Shown in pieces: positions 47,856 through 59,120 of a DNA stretch of 64,000 bases. The stretch's first letter is position 1. Every line of letters starts with the position of its first letter. The position numbers were made by a program, and so were the translations under genes. The stretch covers positions 1,555 through 65,554 of the forward strand of contig JBPOIQ010000002.1 in the NCBI GenBank assembly GCA_052034355.1, read 5' to 3'. Under the pieces are notes generated by a model. The model did not search any database, had not been told where the DNA came from, and saw nothing but the letters and a program-made list of their open reading frames with translations. The DNA is from Minisyncoccota bacterium (lineage in GTDB: Bacteria > Patescibacteriota > Patescibacteriia > SG8-24 > DYFX01).

Positions 47856-48515
47856 CTATCGTGTAGAGGCGCGACAGAACGCGCACTCGCCGTGATGCAC
47901 GGCGCAGGGGAGGCACCACGCGGCTGCTTCCCCGGCGGTCCAATGACCGCACCGAGCGGCGCGGGTCATGGCCGGATGCCAGCGTGAGGGCCGCGGACAG
48001 TTCGCGCATCGGGCGGGAGGCGTGTCTCTCAGTATTTGGCCGAAGACCCTGCTCCAGATCGGTCGCTTGTGGCGGTAGTGGTAGATCTGGTGCGGCTGCA
48101 TGGAGTCGACGAGATCGAGCGGAATCGCCGCGATCTTCTCGGCCACGGCAGCCTCCGCCGGCGAGAAGCCGTCCTTGCTCGAGGCGAGCTTCTCGCGCAT
48201 GAGCTGCGCGGCCGACGTGATGCCGTAGGATTTCACCAGAGTCACGAAGGCGTCAAAGAGCGTCTCGAAGACGTCTTGGCGCTCCAGTTCCGTCTCCGAG
48301 AGCGTTGAAGCTCCGCAGGCCTGACATTCATTCTTGGACGCGGCGCATCTCTCGCACATCGAGTGCGTGTAGTAGACCAATTCGACGCGCGCGCCTCCGA
48401 TATGCGTGCAATACGGACAGTACACTCGCGGCGATCCGTCGCCCGGCGGTCGCGTCTTGTACTGCGCGATGCGCGCGTCCCAGTCGACCGACTTGCATGG
48501 GTTGCAGAGATGCAT
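47856..48515 (-). CDS. Cys-rich hypothetical protein with two CxxCAx5CxxC modules (SD-led)
   Basis: AGGAGG SD; CERCAASKNECQACG and CLPCAVHHGECAFC. Confidence 0.7.
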   Translation of the reverse strand: MHLCNPCKSVDWDARIAQYKTRPPGDGSPRVYCPYCTHIGGARVELVYYTHSMCERCAASKNECQACGASTLSETELERQDVFETLFDAFVTLVKSYGITSAAQLMREKLASSKDGFSPAEAAVAEKIAAIPLDLVDSMQPHQIYHYRHKRPIWSRVFGQILRDTPPARCANCPRPSRWHPAMTRAARCGHWTAGEAAAWCLPCAVHHGECAFCRASTR

Positions 48516-48592
48516 TACGCCCTCCTGTAGAATGAACGTTGATACACCAGGACTATCCTAATACCGCTTCGCCGTCAAGGCGCTTGCCTCGC

Positions 48593-49657
48593 ATGAGCAA
48601 AGACTACTACAAGATACTCGGCGTAGAAAAAAACGCCTCCGACGAGGAGATTAAAAAAGCGTTCCGAGTTTTGGCACATAAGCATCATCCGGACAAGGAA
48701 GGTGGGGACGAAGCGAAGTTCAAAGAAATCAACGAAGCGTACCAGGTCCTGTCGGATTCCAAGAAGCGCGCGCAGTACGACCAATTCGGTTCGGCCGGTC
48801 CAGGCTTCGGCGGCTTCGGTGGCCAGGGGTTTGGCGGCCAAGGCGCCAATTTCGACATGGGCGATTTGGGCGAGATGTTCGGCGACATGTTCGGCTTCGG
48901 CGGCCAGCGTGGGGGTCGACGCCAAGCGCGCGGCGGAGATATCGAAGTGAACGTGACGATTTCGTTCCACGACGCGGCGTTTGGCACGGAAAAAACGCTT
49001 GAGCTCTACAAGCCCGTTGCCTGCGGCGCGTGTTCCGGTACCGGTATCCCGCCAGGTTCGAAAATGATCACTTGCAAGACGTGCGGCGGCCAAGGCCGTG
49101 TGCGTCAGATGCAGCGCACGATCTTGGGCAGCTTCGAGGCGGTCACGACATGTGGCCAGTGCCGCGGTTCCGGCAATGTTCCGGAGAAAGAGTGCAAGGA
49201 GTGCGGTGGCGCGGGCGTGAAACGCGAGAAGACCTCGATGACGGTCAAAATTCCGGCCGGCATCGATCACGGAGAGACGATTCGCGTGCAGGGCGGCGGC
49301 GAAGCCGGTCCGCATGGTGCGCAGAACGGCGACTTGTATCTGCACATCCGCATCCAACCCGACACGCGTTTCGAACGCGATGGTTTTGACGTCTATTCGA
49401 ATCTTGAAATCGGCTTCGCCGACGCGGCGCTCGGTGCGGAGAAGGAAATTGAAACCCTCGACGGCGCGCTCACGATCAAGATCCCAGCAGGCGTCCAAGC
49501 GGGCGAAGAGATCCGCCTCAAGAATCGCGGCGTGACCCGTCTCCAGGCCTCCGGCCGCGGCGACCACTACGTCCGCGTGCGCATCCGCACGCCCAAGCAC
49601 CTTTCCAAAAAGGCAAAACAGCTCCTGGAAGATTTTCAGAGGGAAGAGAACGTCTAG
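48593..49657 (+). CDS. dnaJ: chaperone DnaJ
   Basis: DYY.ILG, HPD, G/F region, four CxxCxGxG. Confidence 0.98.
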   Translation: MSKDYYKILGVEKNASDEEIKKAFRVLAHKHHPDKEGGDEAKFKEINEAYQVLSDSKKRAQYDQFGSAGPGFGGFGGQGFGGQGANFDMGDLGEMFGDMFGFGGQRGGRRQARGGDIEVNVTISFHDAAFGTEKTLELYKPVACGACSGTGIPPGSKMITCKTCGGQGRVRQMQRTILGSFEAVTTCGQCRGSGNVPEKECKECGGAGVKREKTSMTVKIPAGIDHGETIRVQGGGEAGPHGAQNGDLYLHIRIQPDTRFERDGFDVYSNLEIGFADAALGAEKEIETLDGALTIKIPAGVQAGEEIRLKNRGVTRLQASGRGDHYVRVRIRTPKHLSKKAKQLLEDFQREENV

Positions 49658-49758
49658 CCCTCTTCATCCAGACGTAGGGCTGGCCGAACGCCCAACTTAT
49701 CCCCAAGCCCGAAGATAAGCGAAATAAGGTATACTGGCTTCATCAACCATTACGCCTT

Positions 49759-52700
49759 ATGCGCATCGCCACGACCGACCGCAAGCTTTTCGTTTCGCTC
49801 GTTGCTTTTGTTGCGTTGGCTTTCGGTGCGGGCGCCGCTCACGCGCAATTCGCCGCGCCGACCTGCACGCCGCCGAACTGCAGTCCGGCTGTCATTCAGA
49901 ATATTCCGATTGCAAGCGGAGCGCAGAACGCGAGCATTAATATTACGGGCGACGCCAAAGTCGGCGCCACGTTTCAAGCGGGTGGAAGTACGCCTGTCTT
50001 GAACGCGTCTGGTCAAAATCTTTATTACGGAAACGTTGCGGGCACCTCTTCGGCTGGCAGTCTTTTGTTGCTCCAGTTCGGAGCCGCGGATCGTTTCCGT
50101 ATCGGCCTTACCGGTGACGTTACTTCGCAGGGTGTGTACTCTAGCGCGGCCGGAAGCGTCGGCGTGCCTTCGTATACGTTCAACGGTGATTCGAACACGG
50201 GTCTCTATTCGCTCGGCGCGGATGCGATTGGTGTTACGACTGGCGGCGTCAACCGTCTCATGATTAACAATGGCGGTGTATCGATTGGTACCGGTGTTTT
50301 GTATGCACCGGCCGGCACGGTGAGTGCGCCTGGCCTCTCCTTTAACGGTGATCCTGATACCGGCCTGTACAGGACTGCAGACAACGTCATGAACGTGGCA
50401 ACGAACGGTGTGCGCACGATGGTGTTCTCCGCCACGAACAGCGTTGTTGTTCCGGGCATGCTTCATGTGCAAGGAGGCTTGGATGCGAACCTTGGCGGCA
50501 ATGGAAGCGGCATCACCAACATCAATGCGAATAATATCACCTCCGGCACGTTGAATGATGCGCGCTTGTCTTCGAACGTCGCGTTGTTGAACCGCACGGG
50601 TCAGACCTTCACGGGTACAAATACGTTCAGCAGTCTGACAACGTTCGGTGCAAGCGCTGGACCGGTTATCTCGATCAACAACTCGGTTGGCGGCGTTGAA
50701 ATCGGCGGTATCAGCGAGAATGCTTTCAACTTTTATACGCAGGGTTCCATTTATAACCAGATCGACAGCAACAACAACTCGACCAACTCGTACTACTGGC
50801 TCAACGGAGCCGGTGCGAACGTCATGACGTTGGATGAAAGCGGCAACTTTGATGTCGAGGGTATGGTGACCTTGGGAAGCCCTGACATGCGGCTTTTGAA
50901 CCCAGGAGAGAATCTGATTTATGGAAACGTCGATCAATTCGCTGCTGGAAATATTCTGCTTTTGCAAGCGGAGTCCGTAGATCGTTTCAGTGTTGATGCT
51001 GATGGTAACGTTGTCGCAGCCGGCACGATAACGTCGTCCGGGCAAGCGGTCTGTCTCCAGAACGGCGCCAACTGCCCGCAGAGCGTCGGTGGATTTGGTA
51101 CTCCGAACGCACTTGCAAAATTCGATGCTTCAGGTTACGCGCTGACAAGTTCGTCAATTACGGATGACGGAGCCACGATCGGTGTCGGCGGCGCACCGAG
51201 CGCTAGCTATGCCATGACGGTGTACGGTGTCATCTATGCCAACGCGCTCTCGACGCCGAGAATTGATGCATATGCGCCTGGTGCTGGCGCTACGGCCATT
51301 TATGGTACAGCGGATGGTGCCGGATCGACGGGTATTTATGGTTCAGGTGCTTCAACCGGTATCTACGGAAGCTCGGCGGCAACGGGTGTCTATGGCCGCT
51401 CCACTGGAGCCGGCGCTGGTGTCTACGGTAGTTCGAGTTCGGGTTATGGTGGTGATTTCTCCTCGTTGCGTGTTGCGGGCGTTACCTTGTTTCAAGGCGG
51501 TGTGACGCTTGCGAACAGCACGACGCTGCAGCTGGGTCTTTCCGCGGTTGACGTCGGCGGCACGAACGGTCGCATGTATTACAACAGCACCACGAACAAG
51601 TTCCGCTGCTATGAAAACGGTTCGTGGCAGGACTGCCGCGACGGCGGCATGGGCGGAAGCGGTACGGTGAACACGATTCCGAAATTCACGGCCGCTTCAA
51701 CGATCGGAAACTCGACGTTGACCGACGATGGCGTAACTGTTACGGCTGCGCAAAACTTTGCGGTCAACGGCAATACAACGATCGGTAACGCGGCAGCGGA
51801 CACGTTGACGCTGACGGGAACTGCAGTTGCGACGCCGAACAACCTCAACATCGACGCGAACACACTGTATGTCGACGCGCTCAACAACCGCGTCGGCGTG
51901 GGCACTAACGCTCCAGGTACGACCTTGGCAGTGGCCGGAACGCTGGCCGTGACCGGGAACACGACGCTTGGCGATGCGGCGGCTGACCGCACGACGATCA
52001 ATGGCGAACTGGTTCTTGGAAGCCAGGCGACAAACCCTGCGGGCGTGAACGGTATGATGTTCTACAACTCGCTCAACAACAAGTTCCGCTGCTACGAAAA
52101 CGGAACTTGGATTAACTGCGGTGGAGAGGAGGATACGCTCGATACGGTTGCGGTGCGCGGCGCGATTGCCTACAGAAGCCTCGCGATTGATACGAATGGT
52201 GGCGGAACGTTCCTTGGAGGCGAGGCTCTGACGATCGAAGGAACCGGAACAGGCATCTATTCGAGCGCCACCGACTACGGCGTGCGCGGTAACACGACCG
52301 GCGTGAACGGTATCGGTGTCTGGGGTGGTGGCCAATTGTACGGAGGTTACTTCGGAGCGACGTCTGCTGCGGGGTATGCGGTTCGTGCGGATGCCTTCTC
52401 GGCGAACAACATTGCTGTCTATGCGCAAGGTCGCCTTCAAGTCACGCAGACCGCAGGTTTCGGCGGTGCTGCGCCTTCCGCCGCGTATGGTATCCAAACG
52501 CAGGGTAACTACGGCATTGTGAGCTACGGGCAAGGTGCCAATAACGCGAACTACGGCGGTTACCTCTATGGTAGCGGCGCCACAACGGCCAACTACGGTG
52601 TGGCGGCCTACGGTATCGGCGGCACGACGGCCTATGGTGTCCTCGCGTACGCACAAGGCGGCACGAACAACTACGCGTTGTACGCGACACTTGGTTCCAT

Positions 52701-53286
52701 CCGTACCACTTGCGCCACGAACGACTCTGAAACGGACAGCATCGTTTGCGAAGACATCGCCGAAGTCTACGAGACGGGCGAGCATACCGAACCCGGCGAC
52801 GTGATCGTGTGGAGGCCGGACGTCGACAACAAAGTCTACAAGTCGCGAAAACCGTACGAAGACGGCATCGCCGGCATCTACTCGACTTCCCCGGGCGTGC
52901 TCATGGGTAACCAGGATGTCAACGGCAAGTACGGCGTCGAATTAGGTAACGCGAACACGGCTGAGACGATCAAGAAACTCGGCTCGACGCATGCGGCGGT
53001 CGCTTTGGCCGGGCGCGTACCCGTCAAAGTCACGCTCGAAGGCGGCGCGATCAAACCCGGAGATCTTCTCACCAGCTCTTCGAAAGCCGGTTATGCGATG
53101 AAGGCAAGCAAAACAGGTCGCGTCGTCTGCATGGCGATGGAGTCGTTCGATGAGTATTCGAAGGGCGACAAGGTCATGTGCTATGTCAATCCACACCAGT
53201 GGGTTGATCCGCGCGAGTACGACGGCCTCAAGTCAGACTTGGAGAGCATGAAGGCCGATATCGAAGCGCTGAAAGCGAAAAAGTAA
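49759..53286 (+). CDS. large secreted fibre/adhesin-like protein with C-terminal intramolecular-chaperone-like domain
   Basis: Signal peptide AHA-Q; G/T/N-rich beta repeats; C-terminal DIAE.Y...GDV...ALAGRVPVKV...IKPGDLLTSS..GYAM and coiled coil. Confidence 0.8.
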   Translation: MRIATTDRKLFVSLVAFVALAFGAGAAHAQFAAPTCTPPNCSPAVIQNIPIASGAQNASINITGDAKVGATFQAGGSTPVLNASGQNLYYGNVAGTSSAGSLLLLQFGAADRFRIGLTGDVTSQGVYSSAAGSVGVPSYTFNGDSNTGLYSLGADAIGVTTGGVNRLMINNGGVSIGTGVLYAPAGTVSAPGLSFNGDPDTGLYRTADNVMNVATNGVRTMVFSATNSVVVPGMLHVQGGLDANLGGNGSGITNINANNITSGTLNDARLSSNVALLNRTGQTFTGTNTFSSLTTFGASAGPVISINNSVGGVEIGGISENAFNFYTQGSIYNQIDSNNNSTNSYYWLNGAGANVMTLDESGNFDVEGMVTLGSPDMRLLNPGENLIYGNVDQFAAGNILLLQAESVDRFSVDADGNVVAAGTITSSGQAVCLQNGANCPQSVGGFGTPNALAKFDASGYALTSSSITDDGATIGVGGAPSASYAMTVYGVIYANALSTPRIDAYAPGAGATAIYGTADGAGSTGIYGSGASTGIYGSSAATGVYGRSTGAGAGVYGSSSSGYGGDFSSLRVAGVTLFQGGVTLANSTTLQLGLSAVDVGGTNGRMYYNSTTNKFRCYENGSWQDCRDGGMGGSGTVNTIPKFTAASTIGNSTLTDDGVTVTAAQNFAVNGNTTIGNAAADTLTLTGTAVATPNNLNIDANTLYVDALNNRVGVGTNAPGTTLAVAGTLAVTGNTTLGDAAADRTTINGELVLGSQATNPAGVNGMMFYNSLNNKFRCYENGTWINCGGEEDTLDTVAVRGAIAYRSLAIDTNGGGTFLGGEALTIEGTGTGIYSSATDYGVRGNTTGVNGIGVWGGGQLYGGYFGATSAAGYAVRADAFSANNIAVYAQGRLQVTQTAGFGGAAPSAAYGIQTQGNYGIVSYGQGANNANYGGYLYGSGATTANYGVAAYGIGGTTAYGVLAYAQGGTNNYALYATLGSIRTTCATNDSETDSIVCEDIAEVYETGEHTEPGDVIVWRPDVDNKVYKSRKPYEDGIAGIYSTSPGVLMGNQDVNGKYGVELGNANTAETIKKLGSTHAAVALAGRVPVKVTLEGGAIKPGDLLTSSSKAGYAMKASKTGRVVCMAMESFDEYSKGDKVMCYVNPHQWVDPREYDGLKSDLESMKADIEALKAKK

Positions 53287-53334
53287 TCTCATGAGGCAAA
53301 CAAAAATCGCTCCTGTTTGGGAGCGATTTTTGTG

Positions 53335-53940
53335 TTACGGATTGGTCGGCGGGGCCGTAGGGGGCGTGAATGCCGACGTGGGTTCCGGGAAGGCGACGGC
53401 GACTTCCGTCGCTTCGAAGGAGGTCGCGCGGAGGATGTCCGCTCCTGCCGTCACGGTGATGAGTTCTCCGACTTTGATATCCGCGAGCGCGATGGTTTGC
53501 TGCTGCATGAGCGATGGCGGCGGAAGCGGGCGGCCGCTTTCGTCTGCGCGCGGTCGGGACGTCTCTTCGTCGATCTCTGCCTGAGTTTTTGGCACCAGGC
53601 GGTACACTTTCGTTCCAGAGGCGATCGTTACGTTTCTTTCTTTCGGCGCATTGATCGTCTCAAGCGGGTTCGAAGTGGTAAGATCCGCTTCGAAGGTGAG
53701 TGTGTTTCCCGAGATGTCTTTGACTCGTCCGGTCAGGACGCGTGTTTCAGTCAGTGCCGGCGGGAGAAGCCCGGAATCGGCCAGTTTTTTCTGGGCGGCG
53801 GCGTACCCTTCCTCATAACTTCCTTTGCCCAAGGAAAGGGGATTGATGGGCGTACCGGTCGAGACGCGTCCGGTTCCGTAGCCGGCCACGAAACCCACGG
53901 CCAAGCCGGCAAGGGCCAGAGCCGCTTTCTTCATGTCCAT
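53335..53940 (-). CDS. hypothetical membrane-anchored protein
   Basis: N-terminal hydrophobic helix GFVAGYG; OB-like beta region; Pro-rich tail. Confidence 0.7.
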   Translation of the reverse strand: MDMKKAALALAGLAVGFVAGYGTGRVSTGTPINPLSLGKGSYEEGYAAAQKKLADSGLLPPALTETRVLTGRVKDISGNTLTFEADLTTSNPLETINAPKERNVTIASGTKVYRLVPKTQAEIDEETSRPRADESGRPLPPPSLMQQQTIALADIKVGELITVTAGADILRATSFEATEVAVAFPEPTSAFTPPTAPPTNP

Positions 53941-53985
53941 ACGTCATTGTGAATAGGACTAAGCTGGTGCTAGTATACCATAACT

Positions 53986-55359
53986 ATGCAGCTCTACGAT
54001 TCTCTGAGCAAAAAAACGAAGCAGTTTCCCGAAGAAAGCGTCGGTCCAGTGACGATCTACGCCTGCGGCCCCACGGTCTACCACTATGCTTCGATCGGAA
54101 ACCTCAGGACCTTTTTGACGACGGATACGCTTCGCCGGTATTTGGAATATCGAGGCCGCGAAGTGCGACTGGTGATGAATATCACCGACGTCGGGCATAT
54201 GCTGAACGACGCCGATGTCGGCGAAGATAAATTGGAGGTCGCGGCGGCGAAGGAAGGGAAAACGCCCGAGGAGATCGCGCGGTTCTACGAGGAAATTTTT
54301 TTCCGCGACATGGACGCGCTCGGATTCAAGCGCGCATGGAAGCACCCGCGCGCCACGGAACATATTCCGCAAATGGTGGCGCTGGTCGAAAAACTTCTCG
54401 AAGAGGGTCATGCCTACGTCACGGAAAAAGGCGACGTGTATTTCGACGTCGCTTCGTTTGCTGGATACGGAAAGCTCTCCGGTAACTCCGTCGAGGATCT
54501 TGTTGCTGGTGCGCGCGTCGAGGTGAAAGACGATAAAAAGCATCCGGCGGACTTCGCGCTTTGGATCCAGAATCCGAATCACGTCATGCAATGGAAAGGC
54601 CCGCGCGGCATTCAGGGTTACCCCGGTTGGCACCTCGAGTGCTCGGCGATGGCAAAAGAGTATCTTGGCGACACGCTGAGCTTGCATGTCGGCGGCGAAG
54701 ATTTGAAATTTCCGCACCACGAATGCGAAATCGCCCAGTCCGAAAGCGCCAATCATGCGCCTTTTTCGCGCCACTGGCTACACGTCTCATTTCTCCTGGT
54801 CGAAGGAGAAAAAATGTCGAAGTCGAAAGGGAACACCTACACGCTCTCCGACCTTGTCGCGAAAGGCTACTCGCCCGAAGCGGTGCGTTTCCTGCTGCTT
54901 TCCTCCCACTATCGCACGCAATTTAACTTCACGTTCGACGGTCTCAAGGCTGCCGAGCGGACGCTTGCCCAGATGAGAGCCGTTGCGGAAACCTTCGCAT
55001 CCGCGGAGTCCGTGAAGGGTTCATATGAGGAACGGTTGATCGAGGCGATGGATACCGACCTGAACGTCTCGGCGGTCTTGGCGCTCGCGCATGAATTCAT
55101 GACGGAAGCGAACAAGGGTATGATCGATCAAAAGGAGGGTGCTTCCTTCCTGCGCGCTTTCGACACGATCTTCGGTCTCAAACTTTTTGAAGTACGGGCT
55201 CAGGAAATTCCCGAAACCGTGCAGGCGCTTGCTCAAATGCGTATTGAAGCGCGCGTAAACAAGGACTGGACCGCCTCCGATCGTTTGCGTGACGAGATCG
55301 CCGCCAAAGGTTGGGTCGTTGAAGATACGCCGCAAGGACAAAAATTGAAAAAGGCGTAG
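53986..55359 (+). CDS. cysS: cysteine--tRNA ligase
   Basis: YACGPTVY...[34 protein letters not shown]. Confidence 0.97.
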   Translation: MQLYDSLSKKTKQFPEESVGPVTIYACGPTVYHYASIGNLRTFLTTDTLRRYLEYRGREVRLVMNITDVGHMLNDADVGEDKLEVAAAKEGKTPEEIARFYEEIFFRDMDALGFKRAWKHPRATEHIPQMVALVEKLLEEGHAYVTEKGDVYFDVASFAGYGKLSGNSVEDLVAGARVEVKDDKKHPADFALWIQNPNHVMQWKGPRGIQGYPGWHLECSAMAKEYLGDTLSLHVGGEDLKFPHHECEIAQSESANHAPFSRHWLHVSFLLVEGEKMSKSKGNTYTLSDLVAKGYSPEAVRFLLLSSHYRTQFNFTFDGLKAAERTLAQMRAVAETFASAESVKGSYEERLIEAMDTDLNVSAVLALAHEFMTEANKGMIDQKEGASFLRAFDTIFGLKLFEVRAQEIPETVQALAQMRIEARVNKDWTASDRLRDEIAAKGWVVEDTPQGQKLKKA

Positions 55360-55393
55360 AAAGAAAAACTCCGCGATGATCGCGGAGAACCGT

Positions 55394-56065
55394 TCATTTC
55401 CGCAAAGCGTTGGCTCTAGCCAACTCTTTGATCGGGATATGACCGAAGTCTGTAGTGAAGAGCGTGTAGGCTCCGATATCGTCGCCGAGGTGGTCACGGT
55501 AGATCTCTTCCATGATCGCCAGGCCGATTTCCGAGTCCGGGATGTTGACGATCCCGACGTACTCTTCCTCTTGTTCCGGCCTCTGAGGTGTTTCGGCGGC
55601 CGACGGCGTTGACGTGCGCGCCGACGGATGGATGAAGGCATTCGCTCTCGACGCTTGGGGTGCCGAGAGGTATCTGCCCGTCCGTACGCGGATGTGGCGA
55701 TAACTGCCGGAAGGGGACGGAGTCTCCTTTTTCGCGTCCGCCGTATCGACCCACCCATCATTCGGGTTGGGGCACCCGATGTGTAGGATGTCCCCGAAGC
55801 GGATATGCGGCTGCTGCTCTCGAGTCACGCCCCAGGCGTCGGGATGGGTGGCAATCAAGAACAGGACAAGATCGATCCCCGAGTCGTTGCAGGGGATGTT
55901 GAGCAGTATAGCCTCGCGGTTATCGGGCGCTAGACGCACGCGCAGCGAGGGAATGTCCGTCAATCTCGGCGGAGTCCGCGTCTTGCCAGACAAAGGGGCG
56001 GCTCCTTTCTTGCCGCCTTTGGTGCTGCCTAGAACAGGAATACTGCCTTTGCTGTTTCCAGCCAC
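55394..56065 (-). CDS. hypothetical protein, 223 aa
   Basis: Longest ORF in the gap; GTG start after GGAGAG; basic low-complexity N-terminus. Confidence 0.5.
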   Translation of the reverse strand: MAGNSKGSIPVLGSTKGGKKGAAPLSGKTRTPPRLTDIPSLRVRLAPDNREAILLNIPCNDSGIDLVLFLIATHPDAWGVTREQQPHIRFGDILHIGCPNPNDGWVDTADAKKETPSPSGSYRHIRVRTGRYLSAPQASRANAFIHPSARTSTPSAAETPQRPEQEEEYVGIVNIPDSEIGLAIMEEIYRDHLGDDIGAYTLFTTDFGHIPIKELARANALRK

Positions 56066-56143
56066 GGGTTTTCTCTCCGTTTGGAAGGTTCAGTGACGCA
56101 CTGCTCGCAGTATAGGTATGCTATACTAAAGAAGTCAACGCCT

Positions 56144-56593
56144 ATGCCGCCAGGAGCGCCTACGCCCGGTTTTGAAGAGGTTCCGGCGATTCCGGAGCAA
56201 CGCAACGAGGTTCCCGAAACCGGGGCCTCATTTGAGTCTTCTCAACCCGCTGTTGAACAACCTCCGGAAACCGTACCGGTCGTGCAAGATGTGCCGGTAT
56301 CGGCACCGGTTGCGCCGGCTCCGAAAGATCCATCCGTGCGCGCCGTCGAGCATATTCTTGAAGAAGACTTGGGCGACGCATTTCACAAGATGACGCCGGA
56401 GTTGCAAATCAAGTTCCGAAAAGAGGGCGAGCGCATCACGTCGATCATTGTGACGATGGTGCGCAATGCCAAAGTGAACGCGCGCGTCGTTTTGAAACTG
56501 ATCGCGACGTGGCTCAAGATGATTCCCGGCGTCAATCATTTTTTTCTGGCGCAAGAAGCCAAGATCAAGACCGATAAGATCTTGAAGCTATGA
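56144..56593 (+). CDS. hypothetical protein coupled to downstream ATPase
   Basis: TGcTATACT upstream; Pro/Glu-rich N-terminus, helical C-terminus; ATGA overlap. Confidence 0.7.
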   Translation: MPPGAPTPGFEEVPAIPEQRNEVPETGASFESSQPAVEQPPETVPVVQDVPVSAPVAPAPKDPSVRAVEHILEEDLGDAFHKMTPELQIKFRKEGERITSIIVTMVRNAKVNARVVLKLIATWLKMIPGVNHFFLAQEAKIKTDKILKL

Positions 56594-59043
56594 ACCCGTT
56601 CCAGTTTCCCGATCTTTTCCCGTTCCTTCTGCCGGTCGTACCGTTCGTGATCGGCGTCTTCGCGTTCCTGATCGTGCTCAGAATCGTCCGTCGTGTGCTC
56701 ACGGCGCGGGCCGAAATCGCGCGCGGCTTCGACAACGTCGTCATGTTGGTCACGGTACCGAAAGAGTCCGGGGAAAAGGATGGTGGACAGCGCGACAAGT
56801 CGCTTCAGGAAATCCAGGCCGCGATCGCCGTGGCCGAAGGCGTTTTCAAGAGCGTCGGCGGATTGAAAGCCGAGCACGGATTCCGCGCCTGGCTCGCGGG
56901 ACGCGGCGACGTGATCGCTTTTGAAATCGTCGCGACTGGCGGCCTCGTTTCGTTTTACATTTCCGCACCGAGGCGCTTCCGGGAATTCGTCGAGCAGCAG
57001 GTGCACGCCCAGTATCCTCTCGCTCAAATCGAAGAAGTTTCCGATTACAACGTTTTTCAGCCGAAAGGCACGATCGCGAGTGCGCACCTCGTGTTTGGTC
57101 GCGAGAATTTCTTTCCGCTGCATACCTACAAGAAGCTTGAAACCGATCCGCTCAACGCGCTGACGAACGCTCTGGCGAAAGTCGAAGCGGGGGATGGCGC
57201 CGCGATCCAGATTTTGGTTCGTTCGGCGCCGAAGGTCTGGCGCGAAAAAGGCGTGAAGATCGCTTCGCTCATGCAGCAAGGGCGTTCGTACGATCAGGCG
57301 CGCAAGGGTTCGAGCCTCATTAAGCACGGAACCCAGGAAGAAAAGACGGGGGAGAAGGCCAAGGAATACCGTCTGTCGCCGCTTGAGGAGCAGATGGTGA
57401 AGTCTATCGAGGAGAAAGTCGGACAGCTCGGTCTCGACGCCAATATCAACCTAGTCGCTTCGTCTCCGACCCCCGGGCGTGCGGAACTTGTCTTGGGGAA
57501 CCTGATCGGTGCTTTCAATCAGTTTTCGAGCCCTCAGTACGGCAACGCATTTAAGCGCGTGAGCGAAGGGAAGAGCCGTATCGTCAGCGATTTTATCTTG
57601 CGCGTCTTTCATGATAAGCGCCGCATGGTGCTGACCCCGGACGAGCTCGCGAGCCTCTGGCATCTCCCGCTGACATCGACGGAAACGCCGAACATCCGCT
57701 GGCTCACCGCGCGCAAAGCGCCGCCGCCGTCGAACCTTCCGAAGGAAGGAACGCTTTTGGGTATCATCAAATACCGAGGACAAGAGCATCCGGTACGCAT
57801 CAAGGCGGCGGATCGTCGACGCCACATGTACATCATCGGTAAATCCGGCTCCGGTAAATCCGAGTTCATCAAGGCGATGGTGCGTCAGGATATCGAGGCG
57901 GGACGCGGCGTCTGCGTCATCGATCCACATGGCGACTTGGCGCAGGATTGCCTCGCGTTCGTGCCTAAACAGCGCGCGGACGACGTTATTTATTTCTCGC
58001 CGGCCGATTCCGAGCGGCCGATGGGTTTGAACCTGCTTGAGTACGACGAGCGCTATCCTGAGCAGAAGACGTTCGTGATCAACGAGATGCTCAAGATTTT
58101 TGACAAGCTCTACGACCTCAAGTCGACGGGCGGTCCGATGTTCGAGCAGTACATGAGAAACGCCATGATTCTCGTCATGGACGATCCGGCTTCCGGATCG
58201 ACGCTCATGGAAATTCCGAGAGTCCTGTCCGACGAGCGTTTCCGCGCGTACAAACTGTCGAAGTGCAAGACGCAGGTCGTGAAGGATTTCTGGCTGAAGG
58301 AAGCGTCGAAGGCCGGCGGCGAGGCCTCGCTCGCGAACATGGTGCCGTACATCACCTCGAAGCTCACGCCATTCATCACGAACGATATCGTCAGGCCGAT
58401 CATCGGTCAGCAGAAGAGCGCGATTAACGTGCGCGAGGCGATGGATCAGCAGAAGATCTTGTTACTCGATCTGTCGAAGGGTAAGCTTGGCGACCTGAAT
58501 GCCTACCTGATCGGCATGGTCTTGGTCGGAAAGATTCTTATGGCTGCGCTCTCGCGCACCGACCTTTCCGCCGAAGAGCGCAAGGACTTCTACCTCTACA
58601 TCGACGAGTTCCAGAACTTCATCACGGATTCGATCGCCACGATTCTTTCGGAAGCGCGCAAGTACGGACTCGATCTCACGATCGCGCACCAATACATCGG
58701 ACAAATCTCGCAAAAGGGGGATACGGCGATTCGCGATGCGGTCTTCGGCAACGTCGGTACGATGATCGCGTTCCGCGTCGGTCCGGAAGACGCAGACTTC
58801 CTCGGCAAAGAATTCGCGCCGGTCTTCACGCCGTTCGATCTCGTGAACGTCGAGGCATATACCGCGAATGCCAAGCTCTTGATCGACAATACGGCGTCTC
58901 GTCCGTTCAATATGGCGATGGCGCCCATTCGGAAGCCGGACACCCGCCTCACAGCGGCTATCAAGCAGCTCTCGCGTCTCAAATACGGACGCGACCGCGA
59001 GATCGTCGAAGCGGAAATTCGCGAACGCTTGAGATTTATTTAA
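56590..59043 (+). CDS. VirB4/TraG-VirD4/HerA-like ATPase
   Basis: N-terminal TM; DRRRH.YIIGKSGSGKS, IDPHGD, LYIDEFQ, SEARKY, AHQY. Confidence 0.88.
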   Translation: MNPFQFPDLFPFLLPVVPFVIGVFAFLIVLRIVRRVLTARAEIARGFDNVVMLVTVPKESGEKDGGQRDKSLQEIQAAIAVAEGVFKSVGGLKAEHGFRAWLAGRGDVIAFEIVATGGLVSFYISAPRRFREFVEQQVHAQYPLAQIEEVSDYNVFQPKGTIASAHLVFGRENFFPLHTYKKLETDPLNALTNALAKVEAGDGAAIQILVRSAPKVWREKGVKIASLMQQGRSYDQARKGSSLIKHGTQEEKTGEKAKEYRLSPLEEQMVKSIEEKVGQLGLDANINLVASSPTPGRAELVLGNLIGAFNQFSSPQYGNAFKRVSEGKSRIVSDFILRVFHDKRRMVLTPDELASLWHLPLTSTETPNIRWLTARKAPPPSNLPKEGTLLGIIKYRGQEHPVRIKAADRRRHMYIIGKSGSGKSEFIKAMVRQDIEAGRGVCVIDPHGDLAQDCLAFVPKQRADDVIYFSPADSERPMGLNLLEYDERYPEQKTFVINEMLKIFDKLYDLKSTGGPMFEQYMRNAMILVMDDPASGSTLMEIPRVLSDERFRAYKLSKCKTQVVKDFWLKEASKAGGEASLANMVPYITSKLTPFITNDIVRPIIGQQKSAINVREAMDQQKILLLDLSKGKLGDLNAYLIGMVLVGKILMAALSRTDLSAEERKDFYLYIDEFQNFITDSIATILSEARKYGLDLTIAHQYIGQISQKGDTAIRDAVFGNVGTMIAFRVGPEDADFLGKEFAPVFTPFDLVNVEAYTANAKLLIDNTASRPFNMAMAPIRKPDTRLTAAIKQLSRLKYGRDREIVEAEIRERLRFI

Positions 59044-59120
59044 CTATCCACATGCGCCTCGATAGCGCGGCGGCACGCCGTATGCTATAGAGAACGGGAA
59101 GAATCAAACAAAAGCTCACT

